Source of the DNA: Owenia fusiformis
Lineage: Eukaryota
DNA: 64,000 nucleotides
Reading direction: 5' to 3'
Assembly: GCA_903813345.2 (NCBI GenBank)
Contig: CAIIXF020000001.1
Span: 46,562,001-46,626,000 of the forward strand
Shown here: piece by piece, positions 57,601 through 64,000 of the stretch
Layout of the letters: each line of letters begins with the position of its first letter
Position numbering within the stretch: the stretch's first letter is position 1
Made by a program: the position numbers and the translations under genes
The notes under the pieces: generated by a model
Told to the model about the DNA's origin: nothing
Database searches by the model: none
The model's input: the letters and a program-made list of their open reading frames with translations, nothing else

Positions 57601-60600
57601 CTAAAGCAATTATTAAGCCAAATAAACAGTGAGAATGCTTGATCCCAACTTTCACACCTTTGAAATCTTAGACAATGGTATAAATTACAAAAGAATACAT
57701 AATGATGAAGTCATGAGGATTTCCTAGATTTTCTGTTTTTAATCAGTTTTTCAAACCTAGCAAACTTAAACAAATGAATAAGAATTATATGTCATTTTTT
57801 AATATTTATACTACCACCAAAGTAATGAATATTACAAATATCTATTTAAAAACATGCATTATCTCTAGGCTGTCTGCAAAAGCTTATACACTGACATTTC
57901 TTTGCAATGAAGAGTATTTAAAATCTGACAAAACTCATGTCAAATCCAGGGTAAAAATGACACTAGTTTGACCAGATTATTAATACAATGGATGATACGT
58001 CTCTCACCCCAAAGGAAGATAAAACACACACTGACATCCGCAATAATCAATTTATCCTGATACATAACAATAATCTCAGATAAGAATATCCCATTATAAT
58101 TGCTGACAGTGATATTTCAAAACAATTCATCCACATTACCCGTGTATAGCAACAATTCCCACTCACTCTTTACTACTATATTACCAACAAGACACATTAT
58201 GAACAATATCACACCCAGGGGGGGAGATTTCCCAAAGATGCCCTATCATATTAGTATGTTCGAAAACAAATTTTATAAACAGGCCTCAATTTGCCGTTGA
58301 AATGGATCTTCAAATGTTCACTGTAGTTTTATGAGTATTCTCTACAAGTATGGATCGAGTAACTTCGATAGTATTACCGTAGGTTTGAAATGACGATGTT
58401 GAACTGATGTAAACGCCATTCTCACGATTTCAAATTTAACTCTGCGCATGCGCAGCACTGAGAGAGCATGTGCCCATGATTGTTCACGTGATCGAATCCT
58501 GCAATTTGATTGGAGATGATGCAAGAGATGATGTAATGGGGAATCCCCGAATATGATAGAATATGAAAGAATTATGGGAGCTACTCACTCCTCCTGATCA
58601 CACCTGAAAATCAAGAATGGCTGCCTGAAAATTACCCAGCATGCCCAAAATCGAATTCATTATACATAACCATACCAAGAAAAAACCTTAAAAGTTTTAA
58701 ATCAATCCATCAAACAAATTATCTGGAAATATGCAGACATGAAAGTTAGACACTGCCCATCTGAAAACCAATCTGACGATAATATTGCGACTTTTTGGGA
58801 ATATTGTGACTTTTTGGGAATACATATACTGTGACTTTTATTGGGAATGATAAAACCCATGAACTTGTAGAGTCAATTTGTGGTGCTTTCTATTCTATTG
58901 AACACAAAATAGTAAAATGACATTTCAATTTTGAGGGTAGTTAAATATAGTGTACAATCCCATGAGCTCAAGATAACAATTCATTAATCTTTCCACACCA
59001 CATGTTAATGAATCCTAAAATATGCCAGCAATTAGTAAAGTATGTCATGTTGCTGATGTTACATACAGGCTGCTAATTACTCTGTATAGTAAACCAGCCT
59101 GCAATAATTTGCTCTAATTGCGAGTAATAGCTGGAACTAGACAGTCAATCTGTTACCCTGAGCATTGTGGTTGGTATACTAAAAGTACCCTCTGACTTTT
59201 GTATGATCATAAACAGTTTGGCATTTTTGGTATTCAATCAATTAAAGAGCTCCCTGAAGCCACACAACAGAATGACACAATTCACTAATATAGGGAACAA
59301 ACTCTAATTTTGGTTTACCAGTTCAAAGGTTTTTATTCATACAATAAGAGTTGGTCACTCTGGGTATGGGTCTGGTAAAGGGTAGTTTTTGTAAGAGACT
59401 AGAACATGGAACAGGTTGCAACCTTCAACTTCCAAGACCTTACTGCTATTATATAAACACAAACATGAACTTGGAGTAAGATTTGTACTACAGGTGATGT
59501 GCAGTATGTCATTCTGAATGCTAGGGATATGTCAATTTGCTTGATAAAATGACTACTCATTGTTAAAGTTAGGATCCACTCTCAGGCCTGTCAACTGTCC
59601 CGCAATTTGCGTATTTGTCACGCCAGTTATTTTTGCGTGACAGAAAATGTCACGCAAATACGCATTTTACCTGGTAATTGTCAAGCAAAAATATTTTTGT
59701 AGAAAAATTTCTAAAAAAAATCGTCTACACAGCAAAAATACGAACGCTGGAAAAAAACGTACGCATTTCGTTCGGACTTTTCACGCGAATTACGTATATG
59801 TCACGCATTCCGTTCGAAATTTTTCGTTCCTCCCCCCCCCCGTTGATGGATGTTTTAAACGCGAGCGTAGCGAGCGCGAAAAATTTGAGGTGTTTACAAT
59901 TTGGCATGATGTAATAAAATTTAAACCAAGGTGTTCAAAATTTGGATCAAGGTGTTCACATTTGGACCAAGGTGTCCACATTTTGAGGGGAGGTGTTCAA
60001 CATTTCCAAGTCACTCATGTTAGGTGTTCCCAAGTTGACAGGCCTGCACTCTCTACATCTTGGGATAAATGCCATGTATGATGCTAATGTTGTAACATTT
60101 CAATTATTCTAATGTCTCCCAAAAGAGAAGATGGTCAACATGTTTCACATATACAGATTATACTTGAGGGAAACTGTGCAGTAGTGACCATAAAAGTATT
60201 GCAAAGGGAGGGTGAAGTTCAGGAAGGGGGGGGGGGACAATCCAGATTATAATGAGAAAATGATCATGTTACATCATCTAAGCAAATGTGTAGAATAATT
60301 AGGGTGGTAATTAGGAAGGTATGCCTGTGTTCTATCACACACTACCCTTCACAAGACCTCTTCTTCACTCTTAAATAGAGATGATTCTTTATCTATCATA
60401 CACCCAATTGGAAAATCACTCCATCACATTTTCTGCCTGTATGTACATGGCATTCGCTGCACTACCACTCTCATTATGGACAAATAAAAGACAAAATCAT
60501 TTGTATTGTCAGAGGGGTAGCTGGTGGTGATATCCAGGGTAAGTAGACTGTATGGACTCAAGGGGGCCTTAGAGAGGGTGTCAATGTGACAATTAGATAA

Positions 60601-61476
60601 GAAAGAGTTGAAACAATATCAGGTGGCAGACTCTCTGAGTTCAAGAGCTCTGGATTTAAAGTTTTTCCCATGACTCATGTCAAGTGAATCATAGGTGTTG
60701 TTTTCTTCTAATAATCTAAGATTAGCAAGTAATTGTTTAAGCAGGCTTAAGAATCCCAAATCAAATTCATGTAAGAATTGAACATTTTAATTTTGGTCTG
60801 TACAAGTCTGACCCCCCCCTCCTCCTCTCTAAATATATATTTCTGACTACATATGAGTTTGAGGTGGAGAATGGTACGAGAGTTGAGCATAAGACAAGCA
60901 TAAGTTCAAAATATTTTCAGTTTAACTTACCCCTGTCCTTTGATCAACAGGACATTCCTCAGCATGACCAAAACATATACACTGTCCTCCAATCGAGATA
61001 TCCTTGATGGAGTAAAAATACTGGAAAGAAAAACAAATCATCAAGATCTGATACAAAAATATGATTAGTAATATGAAATGTAAACAAATGAAATTGAGAC
61101 CAGATAAAAATTTTAATCTGTTTACAAATAATTGTACCCTAAAACAACATTTCAAGGTACATTGGATAAGTATTGTTCAGATACATAACCAAGAAGGGAT
61201 GATGGTTTGCCAAATTAACTTTGTTTAAACTTTGGCTGAACTTATACTATCAATTTTACATTTGGAGTGTGGGAAAATGTTAAATTCCATAAATCCAAAT
61301 ACAATATGTATTTATACAATGTGTACAATCAGTACGCCAATACTGGTTCTACTTACTCTTCTGGTTACAGATGGGTCAATAGAGGCAGGATCACTCGTTA
61401 CTATTGTCATCAGATCCGCATTCAATGTCCTGATCCGCTGTAGCCTCAATCTGATGAAACGGGCAGCAGTAAATTC
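9515..61476 (-). CDS. LAMA1/2: Laminin subunit alpha-1/2-like (Wing blister-type) gene, 57 coding exons in window, 5'-partial
   Basis: 57 exons with GT-AG boundaries join in phase to 8979 nt. LN-end motif [23 protein letters not shown]...[24 protein letters not shown] is typical of the alpha1/2 class. It is followed by LE repeats, two laminin IV (L4) domains each inserted in an LE (CFCFG...), a coiled coil and five LG domains ending SSCPIR*. Confidence 0.97.
10031..10256 (-). CDS. LAMA1/2: exon 56 (LG5)
   Basis: IMFSM...LCDSRWHQV...LFFGGYP; phase 0-1. Confidence 0.93.
10776..10909 (-). CDS. LAMA1/2: exon 55 (LG5)
   Basis: [28 protein letters not shown]; phase 1-0. Confidence 0.92.
11542..11695 (-). 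CDS. LAMA1/2: exon 54 (LG4 / LG5)
   Basis: [12 protein letters not shown]...[17 protein letters not shown]; phase 0-1. Confidence 0.92.
12189..12335 (-). CDS. LAMA1/2: exon 53 (LG4)
   Basis: [15 protein letters not shown]...MYVGGLP. Confidence 0.92.
12563..12755 (-). CDS. LAMA1/2: exon 52 (LG4)
   Basis: [19 protein letters not shown]...MDDGKWHQ; phase 2-0. Confidence 0.93.
13398..13700. repeat. Degenerate intronic tandem repeat (about 4 units)
   Basis: CCAGTACACA...ATGTAAAAAGCATGTGCACTTCAAAAATGCAT units. Confidence 0.75.
14789..14913 (-). CDS. LAMA1/2: exon 51 (linker / LG4)
   Basis: PPRSCIVP...[15 protein letters not shown]; phase 0-2. Confidence 0.88.
15294..15495 (-). CDS. LAMA1/2: exon 50 (LG3 end and Pro/Thr-rich linker)
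   Basis: [18 protein letters not shown]...[20 protein letters not shown]; phase 2-0. Confidence 0.9.
15695..15889 (-). CDS. LAMA1/2: exon 49 (LG3)
   Basis: IQLIIDD...LYIGGVP...[12 protein letters not shown]; phase 2-2. Confidence 0.92.
16332..16471 (-). CDS. LAMA1/2: exon 48 (LG3)
   Basis: [10 protein letters not shown]...[12 protein letters not shown]; phase 0-2. Confidence 0.91.
16774..16917 (-). CDS. LAMA1/2: exon 47 (LG3)
   Basis: [15 protein letters not shown]...[12 protein letters not shown]. Confidence 0.91.
17457..17580 (-). CDS. LAMA1/2: exon 46 (LG2)
   Basis: [15 protein letters not shown]...GMQSGCRD; phase 2-0. Confidence 0.92.
17988..18108 (-). CDS. LAMA1/2: exon 45 (LG2)
   Basis: GQLTVGDEV...DLYFGG; phase 1-2. 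Confidence 0.9.
18326..18473 (-). CDS. LAMA1/2: exon 44 (LG2)
   Basis: [22 protein letters not shown]...YNTNEW; phase 0-1. Confidence 0.92.
18936..19101 (-). CDS. LAMA1/2: exon 43 (LG2)
   Basis: YQFDGTGYV...[13 protein letters not shown]; phase 2-0. Confidence 0.92.
20110..20385. repeat. 20-bp minisatellite (GCACACCAGAGTGCACCCAG / GCACACCAGAGTACACTTTA variants)
   Basis: About 14 contiguous units. Confidence 0.92.
21131..21261 (-). CDS. LAMA1/2: exon 42 (LG1)
   Basis: [29 protein letters not shown]...CGGC; phase 0-2. Confidence 0.92.
21482..21635 (-). CDS. LAMA1/2: exon 41 (LG1)
   Basis: FTNVGTLSV...LFYIGGVP; phase 2-0. Confidence 0.92.
21867..22024 (-). CDS. LAMA1/2: exon 40 (LG1)
   Basis: [22 protein letters not shown]...WYRIEAN; phase 0-2. 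Confidence 0.92.
22415..22573 (-). CDS. LAMA1/2: exon 39 (LG1)
   Basis: [17 protein letters not shown]...LLFYI. Confidence 0.92.
23040..23194 (-). CDS. LAMA1/2: exon 38 (coiled coil end)
   Basis: VIDAVKK...[15 protein letters not shown]; phase 1-0. Confidence 0.9.
23215..23470. repeat. TATTG-rich degenerate tandem repeat filling the intron between exons 37 and 38
   Basis: Repeated TTGAAATTGTTATGTATTGTATTTTATCAT... Confidence 0.8.
23491..23667 (-). CDS. LAMA1/2: exon 37 (coiled coil)
   Basis: [20 protein letters not shown]...MEET; phase 1-1. Confidence 0.85.
24012..24134 (-). CDS. LAMA1/2: exon 36 (coiled coil)
   Basis: [13 protein letters not shown]...KLNETN; phase 1-1. Confidence 0.86.
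24572..24677 (-). CDS. LAMA1/2: exon 35 (coiled coil)
   Basis: [20 protein letters not shown]...; phase 0-1. Confidence 0.87.
24912..25050 (-). CDS. LAMA1/2: exon 34 (coiled coil)
   Basis: [30 protein letters not shown]; phase 2-0. Confidence 0.89.
25375..25532 (-). CDS. LAMA1/2: exon 33 (coiled coil)
   Basis: ESRVMSNEL...[19 protein letters not shown]; phase 0-2. Confidence 0.87.
25711..26032 (-). CDS. LAMA1/2: exon 32 (coiled coil)
   Basis: [11 protein letters not shown]...ASKAYE; phase 2-0. Confidence 0.89.
26446..26608 (-). CDS. LAMA1/2: exon 31 (coiled coil)
   Basis: ASVEEAV...[14 protein letters not shown]; phase 1-2. Confidence 0.89.
27057..27203 (-). CDS. LAMA1/2: exon 30 (coiled coil)
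   Basis: [13 protein letters not shown]...MDAEMR; phase 1-1. Confidence 0.88.
27466..27666 (-). CDS. LAMA1/2: exon 29 (start of coiled coil)
   Basis: [17 protein letters not shown]...PWER; phase 1-1. Confidence 0.9.
28183..28466 (-). CDS. LAMA1/2: exon 28 (LE)
   Basis: FSPTCE...[24 protein letters not shown]...; phase 2-1. Confidence 0.93.
28596..28756. repeat. 30-bp AT-rich minisatellite
   Basis: AAAATTACAATTAATTTCAAAAATAGCTAC, about 5 copies. Confidence 0.88.
28862..28989 (-). CDS. LAMA1/2: exon 27 (LE)
   Basis: [21 protein letters not shown]...CACPL; phase 0-2. Confidence 0.92.
29200..29331 (-). CDS. LAMA1/2: exon 26 (LE)
   Basis: DPADGYFR...[18 protein letters not shown]. Confidence 0.92.
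29598..29706 (-). CDS. LAMA1/2: exon 25 (L4b end / LE)
   Basis: IRDISLDVA...[16 protein letters not shown]; phase 2-0. Confidence 0.93.
29888..30021 (-). CDS. LAMA1/2: exon 24 (L4b)
   Basis: DQWF...[20 protein letters not shown]; phase 0-2. Confidence 0.92.
31959..32147 (-). CDS. LAMA1/2: exon 23 (L4b)
   Basis: [14 protein letters not shown]...EVPLHE. Confidence 0.92.
32521..32700 (-). CDS. LAMA1/2: exon 22 (L4b)
   Basis: VEAPG...[13 protein letters not shown]. Confidence 0.92.
33161..33301 (-). CDS. LAMA1/2: exon 21 (LE to L4b)
   Basis: [33 protein letters not shown]... Confidence 0.93.
33655..33799. repeat. 35-bp tandem repeat containing the exon 20 end and splice donor
   Basis: ATCCATGTACATACCTTACAAGTACAAAGGCCCAA, about 4 copies. 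Confidence 0.9.
33775..34008 (-). CDS. LAMA1/2: exon 20 (LE)
   Basis: [15 protein letters not shown]...GLCTCK; uses the first of several tandem donors. Confidence 0.92.
34335..34474 (-). CDS. LAMA1/2: exon 19 (LE)
   Basis: [26 protein letters not shown]...GCK; phase 1-0. Confidence 0.9.
34730..34860. mobile_element. Short copy of the same HINE-like family
   Basis: CAAGGCAT...AATGTCACCACCTGCCATTTGTT...TGACATAAT. Confidence 0.6.
34880..35063 (-). CDS. LAMA1/2: exon 18 (LE)
   Basis: [22 protein letters not shown]...[11 protein letters not shown]; 184 nt, phase 0-1. Confidence 0.93.
35296..35402 (-). CDS. LAMA1/2: exon 17 (LE)
   Basis: [28 protein letters not shown]...; 107 nt, phase 1-0. Confidence 0.93.
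35658..35835 (-). CDS. LAMA1/2: exon 16 (LE)
   Basis: [20 protein letters not shown]...[11 protein letters not shown]; 178 nt, phase 0-1. Confidence 0.93.
35893..36029. mobile_element. Short copy of the same HINE-like family
   Basis: AACAAGGCATTAACA...ATGTCACCACCT...ATAACAATATGTCACCACTTATGGTTGTGACA. Confidence 0.68.
36135..36241 (-). CDS. LAMA1/2: exon 15 (LE)
   Basis: [24 protein letters not shown]...; 107 nt, phase 1-0. Confidence 0.93.
36547..36755 (-). CDS. LAMA1/2: exon 14 (LE)
   Basis: [26 protein letters not shown]...; phase 2-1. Confidence 0.93.
36982..37214 (-). CDS. LAMA1/2: exon 13 (LE)
   Basis: [25 protein letters not shown]...; phase 0-2. Confidence 0.93.
37429..38529. mobile_element. 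Helentron/HINE-like non-autonomous element with ~135-bp internal array and 14-bp minisatellite
   Basis: ATGTCACCAC at 37451-37460; about 5.5 copies of a ~135-bp monomer (37490-38285); (GCCGGACGCCAACC)n at 38341-38475; terminal hairpin TATGTCACCAC-TTTTG-GTGGTGACATA (38499-38525) followed by an A run. Confidence 0.75.
38869..38982 (-). CDS. LAMA1/2: exon 12 (LE)
   Basis: [27 protein letters not shown]... Confidence 0.93.
39290..39973. mobile_element. PIF/Harbinger-type MITE (684 bp)
   Basis: Perfect 27-bp TIR TGGCCTAGTCACATAGCCCGGCCGATG; TTA TSD at 39287-39289 and 39974-39976; GC/CpG-rich interior with many CGGCCG. Confidence 0.9.
40365..40482 (-). CDS. LAMA1/2: exon 11 (L4a end / LE)
   Basis: LLSVEFD...[15 protein letters not shown]; phase 2-0. 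Confidence 0.93.
40715..40932 (-). CDS. LAMA1/2: exon 10 (L4a)
   Basis: GSSIWIG...[17 protein letters not shown]; phase 0-2. Confidence 0.92.
43456..43557 (-). CDS. LAMA1/2: exon 9 (L4a)
   Basis: [14 protein letters not shown]...DVDVILM. Confidence 0.92.
43955..44125 (-). CDS. LAMA1/2: exon 8 (L4a)
   Basis: [11 protein letters not shown]...[13 protein letters not shown]. Confidence 0.93.
47934..48074 (-). CDS. LAMA1/2: exon 7 (LE to L4a)
   Basis: [33 protein letters not shown]... Confidence 0.94.
48398..48553 (-). CDS. LAMA1/2: exon 6 (LE)
   Basis: [29 protein letters not shown]...CRCK. Confidence 0.94.
48721..48838. mobile_element. Short copy of the same HINE-like family
   Basis: AAAATGTCACCACCTGCCATTAGTTACAGAC...GGTGGTGACATAAAAA. 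Confidence 0.65.
48873..49037 (-). CDS. LAMA1/2: exon 5 (LE)
   Basis: [18 protein letters not shown]...INEGL; phase 0-0. Confidence 0.94.
49378..49496 (-). CDS. LAMA1/2: exon 4 (LE)
   Basis: [14 protein letters not shown]...GGGVCLNCK; phase 1-0. Confidence 0.95.
54178..54377. mobile_element. hAT-like MITE (200 bp) with 5-bp TSD
   Basis: Imperfect TIR CAGGCCCGTAGCCAG / CTGGCTACAAACCTG; GGACC at 54173-54177 and 54378-54382. Confidence 0.8.
54628..54724. repeat. ~24-bp tandem repeat
   Basis: AAGCTGCAATTTTGGAGCTATAGA, about 4 copies. Confidence 0.8.
55082..55245. mobile_element. pogo/Tigger-like MITE
   Basis: TIR CAGTAAAACCTGT / ACAGGTTTTACTG with TA on both sides. Confidence 0.75.
56130..56266. 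mobile_element. Short copy of the same HINE-like family
   Basis: AAAATGTTACCACCTGCTATTTGTT...GTGGTGACATAAT. Confidence 0.6.
56842..56959 (-). CDS. LAMA1/2: exon 3 (LE)
   Basis: [27 protein letters not shown]...; phase 0-1. Confidence 0.95.
58410..58548 (-). promoter_or_regulatory. Intronic promoter/enhancer-like motif cluster
   Basis: GGGGAATCCCC (58538-58548), CCAAT on minus strand (58509-58513), TCACGTGA (58484-58491), CTGCGCATGCGCAG (58442-58455), AATGGCG on minus strand (58414-58420); local CpG retention. Confidence 0.55.
59583..60046. mobile_element. hAT-like MITE (464 bp) with 6-bp TSD
   Basis: 14-bp TIR CAGGCCTGTCAACT / AGTTGACAGGCCTG; CACTCT at 59577-59582 and 60047-60052; CpG-rich interior. 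Confidence 0.85.
60931..61020 (-). CDS. LAMA1/2: exon 2 (LN end / LE1)
   Basis: [30 protein letters not shown]; phase 0-0. Confidence 0.95.
61357..61476 (-). CDS. LAMA1/2: laminin alpha exon 1 in window (LN domain)
   Basis: [44 protein letters not shown] flanks; phase 0-0. Confidence 0.95.
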
Positions 61477-64000
61477 CTGAAAAAATTTCAAGTAGCTGCT
61501 TCTTAAGTATATCTATAATATTGAATAAAAATAAATAAAATGGCACTATTCATTAAGCTATTGCAAATGGTTACAAAAGTGTAACAATTGTTACAGATAT
61601 TGACCACTAATATTGTATTGTTGTATTGTATTTGATTGATTTAAATATTTAAAGTATAAACTTATAAGAGCCTTATGGGCCATCATACATGCTTACACAC
61701 AATAACATTTCCCATGCAAATCATAGAATGGGGGCTAGAGTACATTTTCAAGTGCAAAATCATTAGACTTGATTCATTTCAATATCACAATACAGTGGAA
61801 ATAAATGTGAAGAACCTGTTCAGGGCTTAATAGAACAACTCCAGGATATTTTCCAAGGTTTTGTCTTGTCAAATGTATAGCTCCATTAATTCACAATATT
61901 TGGCACTCAAAATGAAATAACTGTTGTTGAGGGTGATGTGCTATCAATAAAGCGCCTCTCTAATGAATGTGTCTCATTCCAAAAGCCAAGTAGGTTCTTG
62001 TCATGTTCAACTGACCATTTTCTTTTGTAATTTCCAATCTCTATTAAAAACCATTTCAAAACCAGTATCAATTATGATAACAATTTTGCTTTGAACTGAC
62101 TCTATGGAAATAACTCCAATGAAAATACATCAGTTATAAAAATAGCACATTTAAAACGAATACCGATAAAAGTTTAGGTAAAATGAAAATTAACTGAACC
62201 AGAAAATTGAACTTATCTATGTGATGATCAAATAAAAATGTATAAAAAACGACAAGGGGCAATATTACAAAACATTAACTCAGGAGTTGATGGTTAATTC
62301 TAACAATGGACCTCCAAGTTTGAAACATGTAGCTAATTTTCTGGGCATTAATTTTGTACCTGTGGCTGTACCACTGGGAATACAGGGTGGTAACAGAGTC
62401 ATAGGGCAGACAGGTAAAACACACAATATAATTTGATTACAGGCTGGGGGAATTAATGGAGTGTAAAATTATTGAGTTGGATGGCCATTTTTAGTTCAAA
62501 GAGATCCTTCTTTTGTCATCATACATGTTTATGGGCTATGGGACACTGAACCATATCTTTCATCTGGAACCAAAGATTTAAATGTTTCCAGTATAGAAGA
62601 GATGATCTTATACTTTTTGATTTTTGATTTTAGATAAAGAAAATACTGTATATATTATACTGGTAAAAGATTATACTGGTGAAAAGAGTGATTCATCTAT
62701 CTTATCTATAATATGTGTGAAATATAATGAAAAGGTGATGGTGGGTATACAGCTAAGTTGAAAGGGAAGAAATATGAAAAGAAAGCTAACAGTAAACTGA
62801 TGAACAACCAAGATCCTTTTCCTAAAGAATTTTTACTCATAGCCTTCACAGTTTGCCTAAAATTAGAGTAAAACGAGCAAGCAAAAAAGTACAGGAAATT
62901 AATTGAAAAGCTGAATGAAAAAATGAAGCTGGATAAAAAGCAATATACACAAAGGATCAAATAGATCAGAAGGGCGATTAGCTTTTGAACTATTGTAAGC
63001 CTAAACCAAATATTGAAATGTTGAAACAAATATACGTGTTGTAAAAACTAAACAAAATCTGATAGATTCTAGTTTTCTTGTTAATAGATCATGCGGTTTG
63101 CCAAAATTTCATTCATACTTTTTTTGTAGTACAAACTGAAGTAAGAGCATGTAAAGTTCAAGGTTTTACAACTATGTGGTTAGCTTTAAGGCTGATTACT
63201 GTGAAATTAAATGAATTCTTATTTCATATGTTTTGTACGTTTGAAGGGACATTTGATGGTAATACTGGAAAAATAAAGTTTTGATTTTTTCCCCTATTTG
63301 ACACTAACTTTGAATGACACTGATTGAAGACTATAGCCCTGCATGAGACTGACAGAAACACTCTAAATCAAAACACTTTGGCATTTATTGGCAGGTGGCC
63401 CATAAAACCCATTATACCCCACCCCAATATGGTCCATCGCACCCTGGCACAAAACCCACAATTTAGCAGGCCACCTATGTACATTTAAAAACTGATTTGA
63501 CTTTAATTCAGAAGATAAACCATGTTCAAAATTAAACAACACAGATCTGATACATTTGTATCAAATGATAAATTAACCCCATCAATTACAATACTATATT
63601 CTTTTCGATACATATTTTTGACAGGTTTTTAGTGTGATTTATAGGACCAATATCTTAATTATAAATCTTTGTGATAGCTTTATGGTAAGTAAAGTTCAAC
63701 TCCCAAATATTTATGAATATGTAAAGTAAAACATTGTAGTTTGGCCAGCATTTATGTCATTACTATAGTATAGTAATGTACTTAGGTAATAATACATCGT
63801 CAAATGGGGAGAATAGCCAAAATAATTTTGTGTTCTTAAAAGAATGATATTTTTCTGTATGTTCAGTTTAATCATAGATATCCTTTTATACCTTAGTTTG
63901 GGATAGCTCCATACTTTAACCTTTACACTAAACAATAATATACACTGACAGACATCTCTAAAATAGCACAAACTCTAAACAAGCATAGGTCAGAAAACTA

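Noticed and set aside
59647..60081. 144-aa + strand ORF
   Set aside because: Lies in a MITE, partly built from short repeats; no recognisable domain.

Overview
AT-rich eukaryotic (invertebrate, probably lophotrochozoan/mollusc-like; inference) genomic DNA. Most of the window (9515-61476, minus strand) is one intron-rich gene for a laminin alpha-1/2 (Wing blister-type) chain. I traced 57 GT-AG coding exons by hand; they join in phase into 8979 nt (2992 aa + stop). The order is: end of LN domain, LE repeats, L4a, LE repeats, L4b, LE repeats, coiled coil, LG1-LG5. The signal peptide and most of the LN domain lie beyond the right edge. Introns and the downstream region hold many non-autonomous elements: a tRNA-derived SINE-like element, a 1-kb foldback element with CAC termini and 5-bp TSD, a Harbinger-type MITE nested in a hairpin element, hAT-like MITEs with 5- and 6-bp TSDs, pogo/Tigger-like MITEs, a Helentron/HINE-like family (one copy with a satellite-like array) and minisatellites. 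Main second-look items: a compact promoter-like motif cluster with a candidate in-phase alternative first exon inside a laminin intron (58378-58548); an apparently duplicated two-exon LE module; and tandem duplications that copy a splice donor, a splice acceptor and the stop codon. I found no prokaryotic-type system and no clearly novel coding system.
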